Part shown: piece after piece, positions 1-6,835 of the stretch
Position numbering within the stretch: position 1 is the first letter of the stretch
Layout: each line of letters starts with the position of its first letter
Source of the DNA: a virus
Taxonomy: Duplodnaviria > Heunggongvirae > Uroviricota > Caudoviricetes
DNA: 10,687 nucleotides
IMG/VR virus record: IMGVR_UViG_2740892444_000005
Coordinates: 1 to 10,687 of that record
Direction: 5' to 3' (one strand)
Notes under the pieces: model-generated
Database searches by the model: none
Seen by the model: the letters and a program-made list of their open reading frames with translations, nothing else
What the model was told of the DNA's origin: nothing
Program-made: the position numbers and the translations under genes

Positions 1-16
1 TTACAAACTCACTACA

Positions 17-340
17 ATGCTGTATAATTCGCGAAGAGTGAATTTAGCTAGTGCATCCATAGGTTCAATTCCTATGCCTACAATTCTCATCACAGCTCTC
101 CTAATAGTCGCATTTATCCGTTACCTCAACGTGTTACTTAACGATTACGTCAGTAAGGAGAAGCCTATGAGTAAATTATTCTGCCATGTAGTACTATATG
201 TATCTTGTTTCATTGAAACTTTTTGGGCTGGGGTGATAAGTGTAGTAGCGGGTCTGATGACGGGCGGTGTCCAAATTATTTTGGCACTAGCTAAATCTTC
301 TCAATTTTTGTTTTTTTATTCAAAGCACTTACACCCATAA
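17..340 (+). CDS. small hydrophobic protein of unknown function (possible membrane peptide); 5' end unresolved
   Basis: The frame is open back to the window start (no in-frame stop in nt 2-16), so the gene may be 5'-partial. An alternative internal start ATG at 177 is preceded by AAGGAG (165-170). The product has hydrophobic stretches (ILITALLIVAF; GVISVVAGLMTGGVQIILALA). I recognise no family. Confidence 0.3.
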   Translation: MLYNSRRVNLASASIGSIPMPTILITALLIVAFIRYLNVLLNDYVSKEKPMSKLFCHVVLYVSCFIETFWAGVISVVAGLMTGGVQIILALAKSSQFLFFYSKHLHP

Positions 341-908
341 ATATTATTTAAATCAATAAACTAAGTCACTCTACGCATATTTTCCTTATCATGGTCTTTC
401 GTGTTTTTTGTACTCAACATGATCGTTTCCCCTTTCTTTAATACACAGTGTGATTAGCTACGTCTTCTGTTGGAGCGAAGTGGACGGGTTAATTGAGCTG
501 AATGTCAGCTATGAGCGAAGAGCGGACTTGAGACTATTGTAAATGAAAACCATATAATTTTAACCGGCAGAAACACATGAGTAATTTTAAGGCTAATTAG
601 TTATCTGGGAGATGAGGGGCAAAGCACGATATCGTACACCAATGGAATAACCTTATGATTAATATAAATATAAAAGACAGAAAGCCTTCCTCAAAATGGC
701 TTGAATCAGGTGCATCTGTCTGCGAAACGATTTTTTAGACGTTTTTATCGCTTTCAGTTCAGTTTTCCCCTCGAATCCAAGTGACAAAGCCGATTTAGTT
801 TTCACACATCCGTACAATGTGCATCCCTCGATGAGCCTTTTCAGGCAAAGTTACGGGGATGCTTGATTCATTTAAACTGAGTTAGTACAACTTAATTAAT
901 AATATCAT

Positions 909-1955
909 TTATGCTAGAGTTGAATATTCTCCATTTCCTCGGTCGGTGAGTGTTAATTCGCGGCCATTTTCTGTAAATGTAATGGCATCCAGCAGGCTTT
1001 TTCCTGTTACAGCTATACCATATCCAAGGTTATCAATCTTTGAACTGTCCTCAGATGATATTGGTATTTGTACAAGCATACCAACAACAAAGCCGTATTT
1101 GTTAATTATAGGGCCACCGCTATTCCCCCCCTTAACCCTAGCATTGAATAATAAAAAGTCTTGTGAATCTAAGTAAGAGTGACCAGAACCAACAATTCGC
1201 CCCTTTGACAGTCGGACAAACGAATTTATATGCGAAACGTCATATAACTTTAATGCATCAAATCCTGGAATGGGTGGAAATCCTATTGATAAAATTTCAT
1301 CCAGTACCGAGGCTTTGGTTGAGACCTTAAGTGGTTGAATATTATCTTCCTTCGGAATGGTTGTGAAAACTAAAGCGATATCAATACGTTCATCGTTAGA
1401 TACAAAGATTTTATGTATTGGTAAAGCCTCACCACCAGCTCTAAGTATCCTGATACTCTTCATGTCTTCAATAACATGTCTGGCTGTAAATATCGTGTGG
1501 TTATTCCCAACAATAAAACTAGTACCAAGATCATGTGAACCATCACTTTTTTCAACAACAACAGGTAAAACGGAAGGACTAAGGCGGTCTATGATTGACT
1601 CAAATCCATCAGCTATAAAATCATACTTTCCATATTTCGCATCTGATTCATTGAAATTCGGTGCGAAATAGCAACGGTCAAAAAGAGTATGTCCTGAAGA
1701 CAATTCCATTAAAATACCTTCAGTTGCTAGCTTTTCACAATTGCGTATTAACTTCATCATATCGAGAGTATTTTCCCACTCAGGTTTGAGACGGGTCAGG
1801 CTCTCAATTGTTTTTCTCTCTTTTACGTTATCGTTTTCCGGTTTGTCATAAAAATATTTCACTATTTCTGTTGGTGTTACATATGTTTTTTTTATAGTCA
1901 TTTTTGTACCCGCGATGACGTTATTCCATATATTTTTCTTTGTAGAAAATATCAC
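909..1955 (-). CDS. trypsin-like (S1/PA-clan) serine protease with uncharacterised ~135-aa N-terminal domain; no obvious signal peptide
   Basis: 348-aa ORF. The catalytic triad is in canonical order and context: His160 in TARHVIED, Asp192 in DIALVF, Ser279 in GGNSGGP (codons at nt ~1119-1121 on the minus strand). The N-terminus is not hydrophobic, so the protein is probably cytoplasmic. The start at 1955 is GTG; an alternative ATG lies at 1901 (M19). Neither has a strong Shine-Dalgarno sequence. The gene is AT-rich. Confidence 0.8.
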   Translation of the reverse strand: MIFSTKKNIWNNVIAGTKMTIKKTYVTPTEIVKYFYDKPENDNVKERKTIESLTRLKPEWENTLDMMKLIRNCEKLATEGILMELSSGHTLFDRCYFAPNFNESDAKYGKYDFIADGFESIIDRLSPSVLPVVVEKSDGSHDLGTSFIVGNNHTIFTARHVIEDMKSIRILRAGGEALPIHKIFVSNDERIDIALVFTTIPKEDNIQPLKVSTKASVLDEILSIGFPPIPGFDALKLYDVSHINSFVRLSKGRIVGSGHSYLDSQDFLLFNARVKGGNSGGPIINKYGFVVGMLVQIPISSEDSSKIDNLGYGIAVTGKSLLDAITFTENGRELTLTDRGNGEYSTLA

Positions 1956-2361
1956 TATTGCTGGTAAATGTTAAGTTCAGTGCTCGCACTAAAGCTGGAT
2001 GATCAACGTCGCCCTCGTATGGAAATCAGGTAAGATTCATGTCTACTTGGGGTCTAGGGTAGACAGCATAAAAACGTACGATAGCGTTCGATTGGCTCTC
2101 ACCCCCGCCTATAAACCATGAGGTTGATAGGGTAGTATCGTTAGGCAATAGTATACATGTAAGTATCCAACCTAATTGGTCTTGAGATTTCTAACTAACG
2201 TGTCGTTATGTCCGCTTTTGGCACATAGCAGTCCTAGAGACAGTGTCGTAAAGTCATGTAGGATCGGTGGGAGGAGGTAAAAATCCTCTCATACAAAAAT
2301 ACGTAAAATCGATAACGGCTGGAGATCATTCAATACTCGCCCTATCGAAAGCTCACCAGCC

Positions 2362-2397
2362 AGCCGCAACACGTTCTTACATATGACGTGTCTGCGG
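2362..2397. repeat. imperfect-palindrome hairpin element, copy A (paired with copy B at 4832-4867)
   Basis: AGCCGCAACACGTTCTTACATATGACGTGTCTGCGG matches 4832-4867 at 30 of 36 positions. It folds as CCGCA-ACACGTT / AACGTG-TGCGG with a 1-nt bulge. Weaker similarity extends into both flanks (ACCA..GCC upstream, TC.AA.C downstream). Confidence 0.6.
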
Positions 2398-2410
2398 TTT
2401 CAACTCCACC

Positions 2411-2447
2411 AGCCCACCAATCATGATTGGGCTTTTTCGTTTTTCTT
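2411..2447 (+). terminator. putative intrinsic terminator (GC-rich hairpin followed by T-tracts)
   Basis: AGCCCACCAATCATGATTGGGCT (stem AGCCCA/TGGGCT) is followed directly by TTTTTCGTTTTTCTT. The T-run follows the hairpin only on the plus strand. No plus-strand ORF lies upstream of it. Confidence 0.55.
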
Positions 2448-2574
2448 CACCTGCAAGCAAACCGTTGTATCATGGCGGAATGAAGATGAGCTAGGAATAA
2501 TCTTACGAATCAGCTCAATATTCATATAAAAACATTTCGAACTTTGGTGTACAAAACTACATAGGGATAACTTT

Positions 2575-3777
2575 ATGTCTCTTCGTTTCAGACAAACCTT
2601 TACTCTATTTCCTGGCGTTCGACTCAACATTGGCAAGCGTGGAATAAGTGCAAGCATTGGCGTGCCTGGCGCAACTGTCAATGTTGGTAAAAAAGGGGTT
2701 AGAGCAACTGTCGGATTACCGGGCACAGGCTTATCTTATACTACACCTACCTTGCCCTATGATGATGGATACTCAGTTACCAATCCATTAAATCCAGCCC
2801 CTACAGAACCTCATTTGGGGTCTGGGTCATCTCCAGAAAATACACCATCGAACGCTAAAATATATATGCCTGTAGCTGGCATGAATGAAATATCCAGCGC
2901 TTCGGTAGAAGTCCTTACAAGTACCTCCCTTTTACCTTTACGAGATTTGATTGCTAAAGCACGAGAACAAAGAGCAGAAATAAAAGCAGATCTTCAAGAG
3001 GCTCTTGCCGAAGAATCAAAACAAAAAAGCGAGCTGGCTCGACGCAAATCAAGTCTATTCCGTTGGTTTTACAAACGACGCATCGCAGAACTTGAGACAC
3101 TACTCCCCCTAACCCAAGCTGAGATATCTCGCCTAGTTTCATGGGAAGACAGCACAAAAATAGCCATAACATTCGAGAGCAGTGATGCTTCACAGCGCGC
3201 ATATGCAGCGATGGTCCATGCATTTGATATGTTAAAATCGAGTGTCAAAAAATGGGATATTACTGCAGATAAAGCTACAGACCAGTTTGCTGAAAGAACA
3301 TTAGCAACCCGGTCTGTTAATCGTCACCCAGTTACCTTTGATTTTAGTTCAACGGATCTCATTCAATTTACAGGGCGTGCGATGAGGTTTGAAAATGTGA
3401 ATGGAGACGATATTTTGCTTTATCCTGGAGTTGCAGTCATACCACGAGCTGATGGAGCATTCGCTCTGATTGATTTACGCGAATTACAAATTAATTCAGA
3501 ATATCTAAGATTCCATGAGGAAGAAGGTGTTCCCAGTGACTCACGCATAGATGGTTATACATGGGCGAAAACGAATAAGAATGGCTCACCAGACCGTCGT
3601 TTTAAAGATAACTACCAAATCCCTATTTGCATTTATGGAAATATTACTTTCCATTCTCAAACAGGGGTAACTGAAGAATATATGGTATCAAATGCAGATG
3701 CCGCGCACGCCTTTGCTGAGGCAGTAAAACGTTATCAGATTTCACTCACAGAAACAGAAGCGTTGGTACAGGCCTGA
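2575..3777 (+). CDS. DUF4236-type protein (N-terminal Gly/Lys/Arg-rich DUF4236-like module, P/S/T-rich linker, predicted coiled coil, uncharacterised C-terminal domain)
   Basis: 400-aa ORF with ATG at 2575 and RBS AGGGA at 2563-2567. The N-terminus RFRQTFTLFPGVRLNIGKRGISASIGVPGATVNVGKKGVRATVGLPGTGLSY matches my recollection of the DUF4236 signature. A low-complexity linker (PTLPYDDGYSVTNPLNPAPTEPHLGSGSSPENTPSN) and a charged helical segment (AKAREQRAEIKADLQEALAEESKQKSELARRK) follow. I cannot assign the C-terminal ~200 aa. The gene is AT-rich. Confidence 0.85.
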   Translation: MSLRFRQTFTLFPGVRLNIGKRGISASIGVPGATVNVGKKGVRATVGLPGTGLSYTTPTLPYDDGYSVTNPLNPAPTEPHLGSGSSPENTPSNAKIYMPVAGMNEISSASVEVLTSTSLLPLRDLIAKAREQRAEIKADLQEALAEESKQKSELARRKSSLFRWFYKRRIAELETLLPLTQAEISRLVSWEDSTKIAITFESSDASQRAYAAMVHAFDMLKSSVKKWDITADKATDQFAERTLATRSVNRHPVTFDFSSTDLIQFTGRAMRFENVNGDDILLYPGVAVIPRADGAFALIDLRELQINSEYLRFHEEEGVPSDSRIDGYTWAKTNKNGSPDRRFKDNYQIPICIYGNITFHSQTGVTEEYMVSNADAAHAFAEAVKRYQISLTETEALVQA

Positions 3778-3836
3778 TTTATCGCCGATATGGGGACGAA
3801 TCGTAGGTTAAAACCCCCTAGAACAAAAAAAACCTT

Positions 3837-3864
3837 AAGAACCAGACTATTATGGCTGGTTCTT
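3837..3864. other. perfect 9-bp-stem hairpin between the two cassette genes (possible terminator/attenuator)
   Basis: AAGAACCAG-(10 nt loop)-CTGGTTCTT. It lies 60 nt after the stop of the 2575-3777 gene and is preceded by an A8 tract (3823-3830). That gives a T8 run after the hairpin on the minus strand, with a 4-nt spacer. There is no clean T-run after it on the plus strand, so orientation and function are ambiguous. Confidence 0.3.
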
Positions 3865-3881
3865 GTACGGAGGATTTGTTA

Positions 3882-3908
3882 TTGTACAACTCTTCTATCT
3901 GGTATATT
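3882..3908 (+). promoter_or_regulatory. candidate sigma70 promoter with extended -10 for the DUF2971 gene
   Basis: -35-like TTGTAC (3882-3887), a 15-bp spacer (short), TG at 3900-3901 and -10 TATATT (3903-3908), i.e. TGgTATATT. It lies ~80 nt upstream of the ATG at 3991. Motif match only. Confidence 0.3.
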
Positions 3909-3990
3909 TACGGATAGAACTGTTCAGGCTACTCAATCCTTTTTAAGTACAAATGAACAGATAGAAATAGTTATATTGCAAGGAGCTATC

Positions 3991-4779
3991 ATGCACACTG
4001 AGTATATATGGCGATACCTTGACATAGAGAAATTCTCTATGTTACTCGAACAAAATGCTTTATTTTTTTGCTCAGCAAAAAATTTTGAAGATCCGTTCGA
4101 AGGTGAATTTGCTTGGGGACATACTGGCTATAAAAAATTCATTGAGACACAGGAAAAACTATGCGCTACTTATGGTGCCGGCATGGACTTAGATCCTTTC
4201 ATGGCATTCAATTTAAAGACACTTAAGGAAATAAGCGAGAGGACATATATAAGTTGCTGGCATTGTAACGAACATGAATCTGAAGCTATGTGGAAGCTGT
4301 ATTGTAAAAACCCCGCTAAAGGCGTTGTCATAAAATCAAAGAAAAAAAACCTCCAAAGCCAACTTGAAAATAATAATCTAAACAAACTACAATTAAAACA
4401 CGTAAAATACGTCAAAAATTTCTGGATAAAACAATACAATCCAGAATCAGATGTATTCTTTAACAAGAGACCATCTTTCGAATACGAAAAAGAGTTTAGA
4501 GCTATTTTTCAAGAGAATACCTTTAACACTCCACCTGTAAAGGGAAAACTAGTCCCTGTATCTCTTAATAATCTGTTGGAAGAAATAAGGATTTCACCTT
4601 TCGCAGATAAGGATTTCAAAAATGAAGTTTTACAAATTTCAAAAAAACATGGACTAGATCTGAAAGTCAAAAACTCTGAAATTGAAATGCATCCCATCAT
4701 GCATGTTGAGGAAGAAATAATTGCAGAAGGCCCCAATTGGTATCAGTCAAAAATCAGATTGGCAATACGTGATGCTTAA
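3991..4779 (+). CDS. DUF2971-type protein
   Basis: 262-aa product starting at the ATG at 3991, which is preceded by AGGAG (3981-3985). The ORF-track start at 3790 is rejected because it has no RBS and the extension spans the hairpin. The family hallmarks as I recall them are present: YIWRYLDIEKFSMLLEQNALFFCSAKNFEDPFEGEF, CWHCNEHESEAMWKLYCKNPAKGVVIK and FEYEKEFRAIF. The gene is AT-rich. Confidence 0.85.
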   Translation: MHTEYIWRYLDIEKFSMLLEQNALFFCSAKNFEDPFEGEFAWGHTGYKKFIETQEKLCATYGAGMDLDPFMAFNLKTLKEISERTYISCWHCNEHESEAMWKLYCKNPAKGVVIKSKKKNLQSQLENNNLNKLQLKHVKYVKNFWIKQYNPESDVFFNKRPSFEYEKEFRAIFQENTFNTPPVKGKLVPVSLNNLLEEIRISPFADKDFKNEVLQISKKHGLDLKVKNSEIEMHPIMHVEEEIIAEGPNWYQSKIRLAIRDA

Positions 4780-4831
4780 TCTTATATTGAAGTTTTTTAT
4801 GTCTCCTGCTGAAACTAGCTAAAATTTACCA

Positions 4832-4867
4832 AGCCGCAGCACGTTATTGCATACAACGTGTATGCGG
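4832..4867. repeat. imperfect-palindrome hairpin element, copy B; probable bidirectional terminator between convergent DUF2971 gene and tfa
   Basis: AGCCGCAGCACGTTATTGCATACAACGTGTATGCGG has the same fold as copy A. It lies 15 nt from the tfa stop (4883-4885) and ~50 nt after the DUF2971 stop. Confidence 0.6.
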
Positions 4868-4882
4868 CGTATCTCAAAACGA

Positions 4883-5467
4883 TTACTCCATAACAGGGAC
4901 AGCAGGCCACTCAATATCAGGTGCAGTTGATGTATCAACACGGTTCAGCAACACCCGATACTTCTTCCAGGCTTCCAGCAACGAGTTTTCTTCCTCCGTT
5001 GCGATCTCCAGATCTACAGCATCCTGAAGTGGCGCAATATGCTCACTGGCTACCTGCATCAGGCTGTTTTTTGTTTCTTCCGCCTCCCGGATCCGGAACA
5101 GTTTTTCTGCTTCCGTATCCTTCACCCAGGCTGTGCCGTTCCACTTCTGAAACTCCCCTTCCGGCGATAACCAGGTAACATTTTCCGGTAACGGACCGAG
5201 TTCAGAAATAAATAACGCGTCGCCGGAAGCCACGTCATAAACCGTTTTACCCCGATGGTCTTCAACGAGATGCCACGATGCCTCATCACTGTTGAAAACA
5301 GCCACAAAGCCAGCAGGAATATCTGGTGGTGCAATATCGGTACTGTTTGCTGGCAGACCTGTATGAGGCGGAATATATGCGTCACCTTCACCAATAAATT
5401 CATTAGTCCCGACCAGCAGATTATAAATTTTTATGGTCCGTGGTTGTTCACTCATTCTGAATGCCAT
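4883..5467 (-). CDS. tfa: tail fiber assembly protein (lambda Tfa-like)
   Basis: 194-aa product, [18 protein letters not shown]...EWPAVPVME, is near-identical in length and sequence to lambda Tfa as I recall it. Its start overlaps the upstream stf stop (TAATG on the minus strand at 5465-5469). Confidence 0.9.
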   Translation of the reverse strand: MAFRMSEQPRTIKIYNLLVGTNEFIGEGDAYIPPHTGLPANSTDIAPPDIPAGFVAVFNSDEASWHLVEDHRGKTVYDVASGDALFISELGPLPENVTWLSPEGEFQKWNGTAWVKDTEAEKLFRIREAEETKNSLMQVASEHIAPLQDAVDLEIATEEENSLLEAWKKYRVLLNRVDTSTAPDIEWPAVPVME

Positions 5468-6678
5468 TATGCAAGCCTCACAATATAGTTAAATGCGATG
5501 TTTTTGACGGTGTTTTCCGCATTACCAGCAGCGTTAACGGTGATGGTGTGTCCATGTGAACCAATCGCAACGGAGTGCGTATGAGCACCAATACCGACAG
5601 TATGCGCGTGTGCACCTGCAGATGCTGCTGTGCCGGACAGTGAGTGGCTATGATTACCATCTGTACTGGTATTAGCTAACCACCCCGTAGACATACCTAC
5701 TGAGCCTTGTACACCCCAGGTATTTTGACCTGAGCTTGTATAACCATATTGATAAGTATCTTTAAAAACACTGGGGTTAAATCGACGGCCATCTCTATGG
5801 CTGTGATTACCAGCTGCATTCGTGCTGCCACTTAAACTATGAGTATGCGCACCAGTGTTATTCGTGGATTTAGTGCCGTAATCAAACGATGATGTGGTTT
5901 TCGTACCCAAATCCGTACTGGATACGCTGGCGCTGTGGGTGTGCGATTTAATGCCGTCCTGTTCCTGAGACAATACGGCACGACCACTGGCGGGCTTGCC
6001 CTTAATCGTCCAGCCACGCATATCAGGGATCACGCCTGACGGATAAGCGGCTGCAAGTTTCGGGTAAGCAGATTTGTCAAAAGTCTGCCCCTGCATCAGG
6101 GCATAACCAGACGGAACGGTATCTGATGGCCACGGGATTGGTGCGCCGACTGGGTAGCTTTCTGGTGGAAGATTTTTCGAGGTATAAACTTCTGCCCAGT
6201 CTTCCTCAAAACCATAACCGTCTCTTGAAGAACGGTAGAACAGACCACCATTTCTGTAATGCGCCTTCATCTGCAGGGTCCGGCAACTTCCGACTCCGGT
6301 ATAGAAGTTAACCAGAATATAGCTGTCGCCAGAGCGGGTGACATTGTAAGCGCCTGATTCGGCATTCCAGGGAACGCCACCATCCGCATCGGCATATGTA
6401 TCCGTTGCCCTTCTGGCAAAAGCAGCCACATGCGCGGCGGTTATCCAGATTAACCAAATCCTTGTTGTTGGGGAATAACTAGGTCCACCTCGCCTGATGT
6501 GGCTAAAAGCAGGCACATAACAGCTAAGTATTTTCAACCAGAGAGAATCCTTAGCGTTGTGGTGAATGCGGCTCAGCGCACGCGGGTTAAGGTTGAGGCT
6601 GACAGTCGACCTTCTGTGGATACCCACCCGCCTGGTGTGCAACCTTCGCCAGGCACCGGGAGGCACCCGGCACCACAA
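5467..6678 (-). pseudogene. stf: side tail fiber protein remnant (C-terminal portion only, 5'-truncated)
   Basis: The C-terminal ~320 aa match the lambda Stf / StfR-type C-terminus as I recall it ([31 protein letters not shown]...[25 protein letters not shown]...[27 protein letters not shown]), including the periodic His-rich motifs (GAHTHS, GNHSHS, GAHAHT, GSHGHT). The N-terminal ~85 aa of the ORF (nt ~6420-6678) read as non-protein-like sequence, and no plausible start or upstream stf body is present. Full-length Stf is far longer. Confidence 0.8.
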
Positions 6679-6701
6679 CTTTATGCTGTGTGTAGTCCTG
6701 G

Positions 6702-6747
6702 CGGTACCAGTTTGTACCCTTGCTTCCGGCTGGTACCGTCCTTTTTT
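6702..6747 (+). terminator. putative intrinsic terminator (9-bp perfect stem, T6 tract)
   Basis: CGGTACCAG (6702-6710) and CTGGTACCG (6730-6738) form a perfect inverted repeat, each arm containing GGTACC, with a 19-nt loop. It is followed by TCC then TTTTTT (6742-6747). The T-run is on the plus strand only. The loop is unusually long. Confidence 0.4.
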
Positions 6748-6748
6748 G

Positions 6749-6835
6749 CAAAACAGAGAAGAGCATCACCGGACGACGGGCTCATAACCCAATCCATCCG
6801 GGCGGCTGCCACCGCAGGTGTTCTTCTCTGTTTTG
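6749..6835. repeat. long inverted repeat / extended hairpin (14-bp perfect arms, ~59-nt spacer) upstream of the yfdP-like gene
   Basis: CAAAACAGAGAAGA (6749-6762) pairs with TCTTCTCTGTTTTG (6822-6835). The pairing extends imperfectly inward (ATCACC.. with ..GGTG). It sits immediately after the 6702-6747 hairpin and ~50 nt upstream of the yfdP-like start. Confidence 0.4.

Noticed and set aside
946-1671. Plus-strand ORFs 946-1176 and 1357-1671
   Set aside because: They are embedded antisense in the protease gene, whose catalytic motifs read cleanly on the minus strand. Their products look like low-complexity shadow-frame translations.
2390-2425. tRNA 3'-end fragment or att core (GCGGTTTCAACTCCACCAGCCCACCA)
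   Set aside because: It superficially resembles a T-arm plus CCA end, but the putative T-stem arms are not complementary and there is no acceptor-stem pairing. It is better explained as the flank of repeat A plus the terminator hairpin.
2421-2726. Minus-strand ORF 2421-2726 (101 aa)
   Set aside because: It overlaps the start of the DUF4236-type gene and the plus-strand terminator. Pro/Leu-rich shadow frame with no RBS.
3790-3990. Upstream extension of the DUF2971 ORF (track start at 3790)
   Set aside because: The ATG at 3790 has no Shine-Dalgarno sequence, and the extension would translate through the intergenic hairpin and promoter-like sequence. The ATG at 3991 has a canonical AGGAG and begins exactly at the conserved domain.
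2954-4736. Minus-strand ORFs 2954-3223, 4170-4466 and 4509-4736
   Set aside because: Antisense shadow ORFs inside the two cassette genes, with no independent coding signal.
4921-6311. ORFs 4921-5178, 5122-5403, 5255-5488, 5478-5660, 5832-6017 and 6126-6311
   Set aside because: All overlap the well-supported tfa and stf frames in other frames or strands. Their products are Arg/Pro-rich shadow translations of GC-rich sequence.
6420-6678. N-terminal ~85 aa of the stf ORF as genuine coding sequence with a start at 6678
   Set aside because: The sequence ([23 protein letters not shown]...) is not tail-fiber-like or protein-like. The ORF is better read as a 5'-truncated remnant whose frame happens to stay open.
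4883-6678. Invertible tail-fiber segment (Gin/Pin/Cin-type shufflon)
   Set aside because: There is no invertase gene, no second inverted tail-fiber C-terminus and no crossover-site repeats. The arrangement is simply a lambda-like stf-tfa pair.
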